Part shown: positions 43,546 through 52,352 of the stretch, in pieces | Numbering within the stretch: position 1 is the stretch's first letter | Layout of the letters: the number at the start of each line of letters is the position of its first letter | Source of the DNA: Planctomycetota bacterium | GTDB taxonomy: Bacteria > Planctomycetota > Brocadiia > SM23-32 | Length of the DNA stretch: 64,000 nt | NCBI GenBank assembly: GCA_021161675.1 | Contig: JAGHAF010000077.1 | Span: 7,404 to 71,403 of the forward strand | Direction: 5' to 3' | The notes under the pieces: generated by a model | The model's input: only the letters and a program-made list of their open reading frames with translations | Told to the model about the DNA's origin: nothing | Database searches by the model: none | Made by a program: the position numbers and the translations under genes

Positions 43546-44026
43546 GACTATCTCCTTGCCAAGTTTACAGTCTATTCTTTGTTTTTTATGGTATGTAGAA
43601 AACAGATGTTAACGAAAAAATAGCGTTGGCGAAAACGTCTATAACTGGAAGAGTACCATGGTAACGGTATGATGTGCAGGAAGATATGCTCTTGGAGCTA
43701 ATGCCGACAACCTGTCTATATCGTGTGGAAACACGTTCGTGAGATGAGAATAAAAGCGGAGGCTAAGGAGAGGGCCGTCGAAAGACACCGATTGGATATC
43801 ACCTTCCTTACATGTAAGAAAAGAGTTATCGACAGGTTTTCGACGGGAGAGAATCGGACCGCTTTCACGGCCCCTGGAGACGAAAAGTAACCCGCCTGCG
43901 CCTGCTGTTATCATATGCTCAATTGTAACAGATATCATGGTTGCTCTGCAAAGGAAACGGCCGGCGCAAAGCGTTCCTGCATAAGCTGGTAGAGCGGCCC
44001 GGAGGGTCCCGGGAGAACCGCCCTGT
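43546..44026. promoter_or_regulatory. AT-rich intergenic region upstream of dnaN with DnaA-box-like motifs (candidate oriC)
   Basis: Local AT enrichment stands out against 65% GC; TTATCGACA, TGTGGAAAC, TTATCATAT and TTATTCGCT near-matches to TTATCCACA; position relative to dnaN-gyrBA. Confidence 0.35.
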
Positions 44027-45367
44027 TTATTCGCTATGGGAGAGGGGGCGAGGCAGACGCGCGTCGTCGTCAAGGGGGTTGAAAACGAGCCCGGAAAGGG
44101 CCTTTGGATAGAAATACGTCGTCTTCGGAGGCATCGTATGGCCGGATTGGGCGACCTCACTGACGGTATGCGCGCTGACAGGGGGCAGAAGGAAGGATAC
44201 GTCGGACTGCCCGCTCTCCACCGCCCAGTAGACCTCTTCACTGTCCGCTTCGTAGCGGACGCGACCGGAAGAAACGGGGCTATCCGGTGGGATGTCGAAC
44301 AGGGGCTTCAGTATCCCGTGCAGGAGGACGGAGACGGCCAGGTCTCGCATGCAACCGGGCACGTCCGCCAGAGAAGATTCGGGCGCCCGGTGGTTCTCGA
44401 GATCCAAAAGGTAGAGCGTGCCGCCGGGGGGGTAGTAGCCTATAAGCCGGTCCTCCGGCGACCAGTTCTCCACGAACTCGACCAGGGAGCGAGAAGTATT
44501 GACGGGGACCTCCGTTACGTCGAAAGACTCTGCAAGCCGCGAGAGAAGTCCTTCCTGGCTGAAAGTGTCCCCGCCCTTCACAAGCCGGTGGGTAGGCAGT
44601 ATCTTCAGGCCCGGGTCGCGGGAAGATATGCCGTAGATCAGCGCGTAATCCTCGGGCGCCGCCCCTGGTTCGCGGGCGTTGTTGCGATGCCTGTCTCGAT
44701 AGGCCAGCGCCGTATCGTAGCGGTGATGGCCGTCCGCAATCAGGAGGGATTCCCCATCCAGCAGGGCCCCGAGACGTTTCAGCGCGGGTTCATCCGCAAT
44801 CCGCCACATCTTGTAGACGATATGCTCGTCGCTGGCGAACTCGTATAGCGGCTCGCCGGGCTCAAGGCCCTGGAGGAACTCATAAAGGCCCCCGTCCTCA
44901 TCCGAGAAGACGCACAACACCGGGCTGAGGTTAACCTTACATGCCTCAAGGAGCTTCAGCCTATCGGCCTTTGGGCCCGGGGTGGTCTGCTCGTGGGGCA
45001 GCACATTTCCCCCGGACAGGTCTTCGAGCAGGAGATCGCAGAACAGTCCTCTGCGCGTAATTTCTGCGCCGGCTATGGAAAAGACTTCCTCACAGAGGTA
45101 CAGGGATGGCGTCTCGTCCTGGATCAGGACTCCGCTCTTGCGCCACGCCTGTAGGGCGGCGGCGGCGTTTTCATAGTCTTGCCCCTGCCGCGGCGAATCG
45201 CCTTCCTTGCCGAGGATGAGTCGGATCACGTTGTGCTCATCCCGCGCCGCCAGAGTGCGGGCTTGCTCGGGGGGTATAATGTCGTAGGGCGGCGCGACGA
45301 CCCGCGAGATGAACGAAATCTGGCGGGGGTTGTATCGGAGCGCCTGGAAACGGGCTATCCGGGCCAA
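44027..45367 (-). CDS. DUF1015 family protein
   Basis: N-terminus FQALRYNP ... VVAPPYDII is the DUF1015 signature; 446 aa. Confidence 0.65.
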   Translation of the reverse strand: MARIARFQALRYNPRQISFISRVVAPPYDIIPPEQARTLAARDEHNVIRLILGKEGDSPRQGQDYENAAAALQAWRKSGVLIQDETPSLYLCEEVFSIAGAEITRRGLFCDLLLEDLSGGNVLPHEQTTPGPKADRLKLLEACKVNLSPVLCVFSDEDGGLYEFLQGLEPGEPLYEFASDEHIVYKMWRIADEPALKRLGALLDGESLLIADGHHRYDTALAYRDRHRNNAREPGAAPEDYALIYGISSRDPGLKILPTHRLVKGGDTFSQEGLLSRLAESFDVTEVPVNTSRSLVEFVENWSPEDRLIGYYPPGGTLYLLDLENHRAPESSLADVPGCMRDLAVSVLLHGILKPLFDIPPDSPVSSGRVRYEADSEEVYWAVESGQSDVSFLLPPVSAHTVSEVAQSGHTMPPKTTYFYPKALSGLVFNPLDDDARLPRPLSHSE

Positions 45368-45461
45368 CTGTTGACCCTCCTTGCCGGAAGAAGCAGATCC
45401 AGCGACTCAGAGCGCGCATGATAGAGGCGCGAGACGCCGGATGCAAGTTACCGGGGTCGCC

Positions 45462-46811
45462 TCACGACGCATCCGGGCCTTCGGCCCGCCCCTCGGAGAG
45501 ACGAGCAAACCGTTTCTGTAGTTCGAGCTGGAGGTACGGGCCGAATCGGACGGCCCTGCGGTAGTCGTACGAGTCTATAGCTTCGGCTAATCCGGCTGCC
45601 CCGCTTTCCAGCAGAGAGGCGAGATCGCCCGCCGCCGAGCTATGCTGGCGCGCCACCCTGGTCATCACCTGCCCGTAGCCGGTGGCCAGCGCAGCCCGAA
45701 TTCGTTCCGCGCGGCGCGCCAGCGCCAGGAGGCGGCGGACCAGGAGCCCCGAGACGTAGCGTTTCGGGTTCAGCTCCTGCTGGCCCCGGTGAATGCAATA
45801 CTTGGCCCAGTTATAAGAGCGGAAGATGGCTTTCTCCTCCTCGGCGTTCAGCGGCGGCCGAAGCCCGGCGGGAGCGCCTTCTCGCTCTATCCTGCGCACC
45901 AGCGCGCGCCAATCGTTCTCCAGCGCGGTCTCGGACTCTCGATCTTCGAACCGCTCCTCGTGGATAAACCCGGAGGGCTCCTCCAACAGGTCTCGGGCCT
46001 TTTCCTGGTTGATGATGCGGTACAGGGTGGAGCGAGAGCGCCCGAAGCGCGCCGATAGTCGCTCGATCGGTTCGCCCCGCAGGCGCTGCCGGTAGATGCG
46101 GCGCCGCGCTTTCAGGTCCAGCCGGGGGCGGGCGTCCGGCGAGAGCCGTTCGTCCCGCTCGGACTCGCCCCGGCGCTGGAGCAGGAGGCGCAGACTTTCC
46201 TGCGCCCGTCCGAATCGGCCGGCCGCCCGGGCGAGCGCCTGTGTAAAGCTCAGCCCTTCTTTTTCGCGCAGCCTGGAGATGAAGGCGGCTATATCCCGGC
46301 CTTCTTGTGCGGAGATGTGGGAGAACCGCATCGCGCGCCCCAGGGGGTTATCTTCCCGCGCAGCGAAGGCGTCCAGGGCGCTCTTGCGCACGCCAATGCG
46401 CCGGCGCCCATCGGGGAAGACGTAAACCCGTCCGACCAGGCCCCGACGGCGCCACCGGCGCACCGTGCGAGTCGTCACGTTGAACTTCCCGGCGATTGCC
46501 TGTGGGGTATAAAGCTCTTCGTCGGCCTCTCGGGCGTCCGTCGGCGCAGAGCCGCTCAGCAGCTCCAGCGCCACGTGGAGGTCGCGCCGAATCTGCTCGC
46601 CTGTGAAGGCCTGCGGCGATTCGTCAGGGGGCCGGAATCCCGTTATGTGGAAGTAGAGGTAGTCGTAGGGGTAAGTCTGCTCGGGACTGAGGTGGAGGAG
46701 GAGCCGCTCGAGGCGATCTACGTGCCGGCGGCGCACCTCTACCGGCCCCACCAGCAGCAGGTGGTAGAGCCCCCGAAGGGCGTCGTGCTCGAAATATCCG
46801 GGATAATTCAC
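45462..46811 (-). CDS. HTH protein with C-terminal sigma-70 region 2.1/2.2-like segment (atypical, unclassified)
   Basis: C-terminus GDLASLLESGAAGLAEAIDSYDYRRAVRFGPYLQLELQK aligns to sigma-70 [34 protein letters not shown]; N-terminal part has excisionase/MerR-like HTHs (YTPQAIAGKFNVTTRTVRRWRRRGL, RSRSTLYRIINQ); GTG start at 46811 overlaps the upstream stop (GTGA). Confidence 0.55.
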   Translation of the reverse strand: MNYPGYFEHDALRGLYHLLLVGPVEVRRRHVDRLERLLLHLSPEQTYPYDYLYFHITGFRPPDESPQAFTGEQIRRDLHVALELLSGSAPTDAREADEELYTPQAIAGKFNVTTRTVRRWRRRGLVGRVYVFPDGRRRIGVRKSALDAFAAREDNPLGRAMRFSHISAQEGRDIAAFISRLREKEGLSFTQALARAAGRFGRAQESLRLLLQRRGESERDERLSPDARPRLDLKARRRIYRQRLRGEPIERLSARFGRSRSTLYRIINQEKARDLLEEPSGFIHEERFEDRESETALENDWRALVRRIEREGAPAGLRPPLNAEEEKAIFRSYNWAKYCIHRGQQELNPKRYVSGLLVRRLLALARRAERIRAALATGYGQVMTRVARQHSSAAGDLASLLESGAAGLAEAIDSYDYRRAVRFGPYLQLELQKRFARLSEGRAEGPDAS

Positions 46812-47776
46812 GGGCCTTCGCCCTCCGCCCGGCGGCGGGCGACCTGCACCTGGCTGAGAGGCAGGTCGTCGAACCTGCTGTAACGGACCACCAGCCGCTT
46901 CGCTTCTGTTAGCGCTTCTATCGAGGGACCTGTCCCGACCTCCGTCGAGGGGGCGCCGATCAGGCATGCCAGCGGGCCCGGGCGGTCCTCGATCCGGAGC
47001 AGCAGGGCGCCGGCGGGGGCGTCGCGCTCCAGGCGCTGATTATCCTCATGGTTGCGACCCACCAGCGCGAAGGAGCCTCCATCCAGCGGGAAGAACCGCC
47101 CGTGCCGCACGGCCCGCAGAACGGGGACGGACAGCAGCCCCATCTTCGTGAGGGCCGCCACGCGGCCTGCAAACTGGGGGTCGGTCAGGCGGCAGCCGCC
47201 CGCGGGCGACGGATAGTCTTGGATGCCCCATTGCTGCGCCAGGGCCATCTGCTCCTTGCGCGAGCGTCCCCGCAGCGCCAGCAGGTCGTTCCTCTCGATC
47301 AGGCCCTGCCGCTCAGCGTCGCTCTCTGGCAGAAGCCTGCCGCTCAGCGGGCGCACGATCTTGCCGACCAGGCCCGCGCCCTTTTCCATCCGGCGGAAGG
47401 CGTCTTCGCGTTGAGACATCGGGCGCTGGCCCAGAACCTCTCCGGTGGCGACGAAATCTGCTCCGATCCGCCCGGCCTCCCGCCATGCCTTTCCGTACAT
47501 CATCTCCTTGCAGTCCAGGCAGGGATTCATGTTCTTGCCAAAGCCGTAATGGGGGTTCCTGACCAGGCCCAGCATCTCCTCGCTGACTTCCCGCACCAGC
47601 GCCGGGCAGTCGGGCGCGTATCCTTCCTCCCGCGGGGGGAAAAAGATGCTGTGGAGGCGAAGGAGGGTCACCTCGACCCCGAGGCGCAGAAGAAGCTCTG
47701 CGCCCAGGATGCTGTCCAGGCCGCCCGAAAACAGGAAGACGGCCCGGGGGGCGCGGCTGTCGCTCGAATGGGCCAT
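46808..47776 (-). CDS. PP-loop ATP pyrophosphatase, ThiI/LarE/TtuA-like sulfurtransferase family
   Basis: VFLFSGGLDS PP-loop; ADFVATGEVLGQRPMSQ resembles ThiI VTGESLGQVASQT; three Cys (PCLDCK ... GGCRL) could ligate an Fe-S cluster. Confidence 0.55.
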   Translation of the reverse strand: MAHSSDSRAPRAVFLFSGGLDSILGAELLLRLGVEVTLLRLHSIFFPPREEGYAPDCPALVREVSEEMLGLVRNPHYGFGKNMNPCLDCKEMMYGKAWREAGRIGADFVATGEVLGQRPMSQREDAFRRMEKGAGLVGKIVRPLSGRLLPESDAERQGLIERNDLLALRGRSRKEQMALAQQWGIQDYPSPAGGCRLTDPQFAGRVAALTKMGLLSVPVLRAVRHGRFFPLDGGSFALVGRNHEDNQRLERDAPAGALLLRIEDRPGPLACLIGAPSTEVGTGPSIEALTEAKRLVVRYSRFDDLPLSQVQVARRRAEGEGP

Positions 47777-47930
47777 AGAACACGCGCAGGAATGAAAGGG
47801 ACGGAAACGTCCAGCAAGCTTACAGGTTAGCCGGGGAGAAGAAGCCCGTCAACCGGTGACCGGAACTTGCGAGCGCCGCCGCGAATCCTTACAAACTACC
47901 GATTCTCCATTCATCATGCAGGAGGCGGCG

Positions 47931-48701
47931 ATGGTCGATGCGGAGCAGATAACACAGGGACTGCGCCGGCTCGGCGTGCAGGAGGGAGACATCCTGCTGA
48001 CCCACAGTTCCCTGAGCAGCTTCGGCCACGTGGAGGGCGGCGCCGAGGCGGTCGTAAACGCCCTGCTGGGCGCGGTGGGCAAGGAGGGCACGGCGCTCGT
48101 CCCCACCCACACGTGGGGCACGGTGAACCGGGATAGCCCCGTCTTCGACGTGCGACGCAGCCCCTCGCACGTGGGGAAGATTACCGAGGCGTTCCGGCGC
48201 CGGGATGGGGCGCTGCGCAGCCTCCATCCGACGCATTCCTGCGCGGCCATCGGCCCCCTGAAGGAGGAACTGCTCCGGGATCATGAGACACAGATCACCC
48301 CCTGCGGGAGCAAGTCTCCTTACTACCGTATCATGGAGCGCGGCGGCAAGATAGCCTTCCTCGGCGTCACGCAGCAGGTGAACACCACTTGCCATGCCCT
48401 GGAGGAGATGGCGTGCGTGTCCTACCTCCTGGACCGTTTCGAGCGACTTTACTGTGTAGATTATGACGGCAAAAAAAGGGTGGTCCCCTCCCGGCGTCAT
48501 ACGAGCGGGCTGGACAGGGCTTTCGATCGGACGGAGCCGCTTCTGCTCGAGCGCGGCGTCATGAGGGTGGGCCGCATCGGCGACGCCACTGTCCGGGTTG
48601 TGGGCGCCAGCGGCATGCGCGACGCCGTAATGCCGATTCTGGCCGAAGACCCGTTCTTTCTGCTGACCCCCCAGGCCGCCGTCATCGCCCGCAGTTTCTG
48701 A
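47931..48701 (+). CDS. AAC(3)-family aminoglycoside N-acetyltransferase-like protein
   Basis: GLRRLGVQEGDILLTHSSLSSFGHVEGGAEAVVNALLGAVGKEGTALVPTHTW is a near-textbook AAC(3) N-terminal signature; ATG at 47931 with a GGAGG RBS. Confidence 0.75.
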   Translation: MVDAEQITQGLRRLGVQEGDILLTHSSLSSFGHVEGGAEAVVNALLGAVGKEGTALVPTHTWGTVNRDSPVFDVRRSPSHVGKITEAFRRRDGALRSLHPTHSCAAIGPLKEELLRDHETQITPCGSKSPYYRIMERGGKIAFLGVTQQVNTTCHALEEMACVSYLLDRFERLYCVDYDGKKRVVPSRRHTSGLDRAFDRTEPLLLERGVMRVGRIGDATVRVVGASGMRDAVMPILAEDPFFLLTPQAAVIARSF

Positions 48702-48715
48702 GAAGCGAGGAGCAA

Positions 48716-49981
48716 ATGGCAGGCGCCGCCGTTTCAATCCCCTGGCGGATGTGGTACGGAGAGGATGTCCTGCGGCTGACCTGGCCTGATGGGTGGGAGG
48801 TCGGCCTGCGCGCCATGCGCGACGCCCCGACCATGCAGGGCGGGCAAATCCGCGAGGCGCTCGGGACGCCGCTTGGGAGCGCTCCTCTCGCGGAGCTGGC
48901 CGCCGGCAGGAAGAGCTGCTGCATCCTGGTGGATGACCTGACGCGCCCGACTCCCGCCGCGCGCGTTCTGCCGCCCATGCTGGAAGCCCTCCACGGCGCC
49001 GGCCTGTCCGAGGGGGACATCACCATCATCGTGGCGAGCGGCGCTCACGGCGCGCTCAGGCGAGCCGCGCTGGCGAAGAAGCTGGGCCCGGAAGTCTGCG
49101 ATCGCTACTACGTGATGCGCCACGATACGCATCAGAACCTGGTGAGCCTGGGCGAGATACCGGGCATGGGGGCGGAGCTGCGCGTCAACAGATTCTTCGC
49201 GGAGGCCGACCTGAAGCTGGCCATCACCGGCGTGATCCCCCATTTCATGTGCGGGCTGAGCGGCGGCGCGAAAATCGTGATGCCGGGGGCGTGCGGGCTG
49301 GAGGCCATCGCCGCCACCCATCGTCACACCGTGGACGGCCCGCCGGCGCGGCTGGGGGTCGTGGAGGGAAACCGGATGCGAGAGATCATGGAGGAGTGCG
49401 CCCGCCGGGCGGGGCTGCGCTTCTGCGTCTGCTGCGTGTTCAACTCCCGGGGCGAGACGGCGGCGCTCTTCTGCGGCGCCCCGCTCCCCGCTCACCGGGC
49501 GGCGGCAAAGGCCGCCCGCCGGATTTACGCCACCCCGGTGGACTACGGGGCGGACGTCGCCGTCTTCAACGCTTTCCCCAAGGACACAGAGTTCATACAG
49601 GCCCTGGCGGCGCTGGACGTCTGGGCGGAGCGAGAGGACCCGCAGCGCGCCCTCGTGCGACCGGGCGGCACGATCGTGATCATTACGGCCTGCAGCGAGG
49701 GGCTGGGCGCGCACGAGCTTATCGAGTACGGACGGCGCCAGTTCAAGCGCCGTGACCGGCACGGCGCCTTCCGGGACGTGTTCGCGGGGCGCAGCCTGCT
49801 GCTGCTTGCGCCGGGGGTCGGCCCCGTGACGGTGGAGCGGTACTACGGGCCCCGGGCACGACATTTCCGCACGTGGCGCCGCTTGCGCTGCGCCCTGGAG
49901 GCGCTGCATCCGGGAGGAACCCGGGTGCGCGTCTATCCGACCTCCGCGCTCCAGATGCCGGCGCCCTGCGAGGCGGGATGA
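48716..49981 (+). CDS. LarA-family (nickel-pincer cofactor dependent lactate racemase-like) protein
   Basis: ILVDDLTRPTP and IIVASGAHG ... YYVMRHD match LarA / DUF2088 motifs (DxTRPT, ATGxHR, HD); 421 aa. Confidence 0.6.
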   Translation: MAGAAVSIPWRMWYGEDVLRLTWPDGWEVGLRAMRDAPTMQGGQIREALGTPLGSAPLAELAAGRKSCCILVDDLTRPTPAARVLPPMLEALHGAGLSEGDITIIVASGAHGALRRAALAKKLGPEVCDRYYVMRHDTHQNLVSLGEIPGMGAELRVNRFFAEADLKLAITGVIPHFMCGLSGGAKIVMPGACGLEAIAATHRHTVDGPPARLGVVEGNRMREIMEECARRAGLRFCVCCVFNSRGETAALFCGAPLPAHRAAAKAARRIYATPVDYGADVAVFNAFPKDTEFIQALAALDVWAEREDPQRALVRPGGTIVIITACSEGLGAHELIEYGRRQFKRRDRHGAFRDVFAGRSLLLLAPGVGPVTVERYYGPRARHFRTWRRLRCALEALHPGGTRVRVYPTSALQMPAPCEAG

Positions 49982-49994
49982 TGCGGGCCGGCGC

Positions 49995-52097
49995 CTACTG
50001 CTGCTCCCACTTCAGGCCGAAGCGGATGTCCACCGCCATCAGGCCTTTGCCCTGCGGGTAGACGAAGAGCGGGTTCAGGTCGCACTCGTGGATTTCCGGG
50101 TGCTCCACGGCGAGTTGCGAGACGCGCGTCAGGCAGTCCGCAAGCGCTTCGAGGTCGGCTTCCGGCTGGCCGCGGAAGGCGTGCAGTATCGCCGCCGACC
50201 GGATGCCCTCGACCATCTGGCGCGCGTCGCGCAGTGCGATGGGGGCCACTCTGAAGACCACGTCTTTGAGCACTTCCACGTAGACCCCGCCGAGTCCGAA
50301 CATGATCAGAGGGCCGAACTGGGGGTCGCGCTTCATGCCGATGATGACCTCCCGGCCCCGGGGCGCCGTTGCCTGCACCAGGACGCCTTCCAGGTCCGCG
50401 TCCGGTTTATAGCGGCGGGCGGAGGCCAGCAGGTCCCGATAGGCGGCGCGCGCTTCTGTTTCATCTTTGCGGTCGAGCAGGACGCCGCCGGCGTCCGATT
50501 TGTGGAGGATATCCTCCGAGGATATTTTCATCACCACCGGATAGCCGATTTCCTTCGCCGCCCGGACGGCATCCTCTTCGGAGCCGGCGAAGATGGAGCG
50601 CGGCAGGGGGATGCCGCAGGCGCGGGCGATGGCGCGCGCCTGCCGCTCCCCGAGGCTGCTGCGGCCCTTCTCGCGGGCCTGCTCCAGGGCGAGCCGGATG
50701 GCGGCGTCGTCGAAATCGTGGGACGGCGGGGCCTCGGGTTCAGTCCGGCGCCGCAGCCCGAAGGTGTGCAGGGCGTCCAGCGCGGCGACCGCCGGGGCGG
50801 GGCCCTCGAAGTTCGGCACGCCGCCCTCCTTCAGCACTTGCCATGCGCTCCTGACGGAGGCGCTTCCCATGAAGCAGGCCAGCAGGGGTTTGTCCGTCCG
50901 GGCTGCGGCGCCTGTCACGGCGCGTCCGTACTCCTCCGCCCTGGTGGACGCCTGGGGCGTCAGGAGGGTCAGCATCGCGTCCACGCCGGGGTCCGCGCAG
51001 ATGGCGTCCAGTGCGGCCTTATAGCGGTCCGCCTGTGCGTCGCCCAGGACGTCCACGGGGTTGTGCAGGGCGGCCTGCGCGGGGAGCGCATCGGCGAGCT
51101 TGCGCGCGGTAGCGTCCTGGAACTCGGCCATCTGAAGGTCGGAGGACTCTATGGCGTCCGTGGCGAGGATGCCCGGGCCGCCCGCGTTCGTGACCACGGC
51201 TACGCGGGGACCGGCGGGTGGTTGCTGCGCGGCGAAGGCGCGGGCGTAACTGAAAAGCTGTCCTATGCTTTCGGCGCGGATCACTCCGCTCTGGCGAAAG
51301 GCCGCATCGTAGGCTGAATCGGCGCCGGCCAGGCTTCCGGTGTGGCTGGAGGCGGCCTGGGCGCCGGCGCTGGTGCGGCCCGACTTCAGGATGATTACGG
51401 GCTTTGCGCGCGTGATGCGCCCGGCGACCTCCATGAAGCGCGACCCGTCCTCGATGCTCTCGATGTAGCCGAGGATGACGTCGGTCTTCTCGTCCTGGCC
51501 CAGCGCCTCGATCAGGTCGGACTCGTTGATGTCCATCTTGTTGCCGAAGCTGATGAAGCGGGAAAGGCCGATGCCCTCGCCGGCGGCTATGTCGAGCATC
51601 GCCGTGCCGAGAGCGCCCGACTGGCTGAAGAACGCGATGTTGCCGGGCGCGGGCATGGCGGGGCCGAACGAGGCGTTCACTCGCTCGTGGGGGCTGACCA
51701 GGCCCAGGCAGTTCGGCCCGATGCAGCGGATGCCGTGGCGCCGGCACCTCTCGGCCACGTCCTGCTCCAGGGCGGCGCCGTCCGGGCCGGACTCCTTGAA
51801 TCCCGCCGAGATGATGATCACGGCCTTGATGCCTTTCTCGGCGCACTCGTCAACGATCGAGGGGATGATCTTGGCGGGCACGACGATGACGGCCAGGTCC
51901 ACGCCCTGCTCCACGTCGGTGACCGCGCCGTAGCAGCGCAAGCCGAGAATCTCGTCGGCCTTGGGGTTGATGGGGAAGATGGGGCCGGGATATCCGGCCT
52001 CCAGGAGGTTCTTGACGACGTCGTGGCCCACTTTGCCGGGCGTGCGGTTGGCGCCCACGACGGCTATTGATTCGGGCTGAAAAAATGACTCAAACAT
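49995..52097 (-). CDS. ADP-forming acyl-CoA synthetase (fused alpha/beta, Acd-type)
   Basis: N-terminal CoA-binding SIAVVGANRTPGKVGH, succinyl-CoA-synthetase-like ligase domain and C-terminal ATP-grasp; start at MFESFF (52097). Confidence 0.8.
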   Translation of the reverse strand: MFESFFQPESIAVVGANRTPGKVGHDVVKNLLEAGYPGPIFPINPKADEILGLRCYGAVTDVEQGVDLAVIVVPAKIIPSIVDECAEKGIKAVIIISAGFKESGPDGAALEQDVAERCRRHGIRCIGPNCLGLVSPHERVNASFGPAMPAPGNIAFFSQSGALGTAMLDIAAGEGIGLSRFISFGNKMDINESDLIEALGQDEKTDVILGYIESIEDGSRFMEVAGRITRAKPVIILKSGRTSAGAQAASSHTGSLAGADSAYDAAFRQSGVIRAESIGQLFSYARAFAAQQPPAGPRVAVVTNAGGPGILATDAIESSDLQMAEFQDATARKLADALPAQAALHNPVDVLGDAQADRYKAALDAICADPGVDAMLTLLTPQASTRAEEYGRAVTGAAARTDKPLLACFMGSASVRSAWQVLKEGGVPNFEGPAPAVAALDALHTFGLRRRTEPEAPPSHDFDDAAIRLALEQAREKGRSSLGERQARAIARACGIPLPRSIFAGSEEDAVRAAKEIGYPVVMKISSEDILHKSDAGGVLLDRKDETEARAAYRDLLASARRYKPDADLEGVLVQATAPRGREVIIGMKRDPQFGPLIMFGLGGVYVEVLKDVVFRVAPIALRDARQMVEGIRSAAILHAFRGQPEADLEALADCLTRVSQLAVEHPEIHECDLNPLFVYPQGKGLMAVDIRFGLKWEQQ

Positions 52098-52262
52098 CTG
52101 ATTTGCTTTCTTACAAGGTGGCCGGAGGGGAAGATCGTCGCCCGCGGACTGCCCTCCCGGGAGAATCTTCCAGGTACACCATACTGTTACCACAACCGGC
52201 CGTTATGAGCAAATGCCCCGGGGGAAGGCCCGCGGCCGTTCGGCGGTTGACCGCCCGCCCGT

Positions 52263-52323
52263 GTGATGTCATTATGTCACCGTGCGACGTCATCTTGTCG
52301 CCGTGTGGTGTCATTTTGTCACC
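52263..52323. promoter_or_regulatory. three 21-bp direct repeats each carrying two TGTCA-like hexamers (candidate regulator-binding array)
   Basis: GTGATGTCATTATGTCACC / GTGCGACGTCATCTTGTCGCC / GTGTGGTGTCATTTTGTCACC; hexamers at 52267, 52275, 52288, 52297, 52309, 52317; lies in the acd / thyA-like divergent intergenic region. Confidence 0.5.
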
Positions 52324-52352
52324 TTGAGATGTCCGTTGGGAGAGAAAATAGC

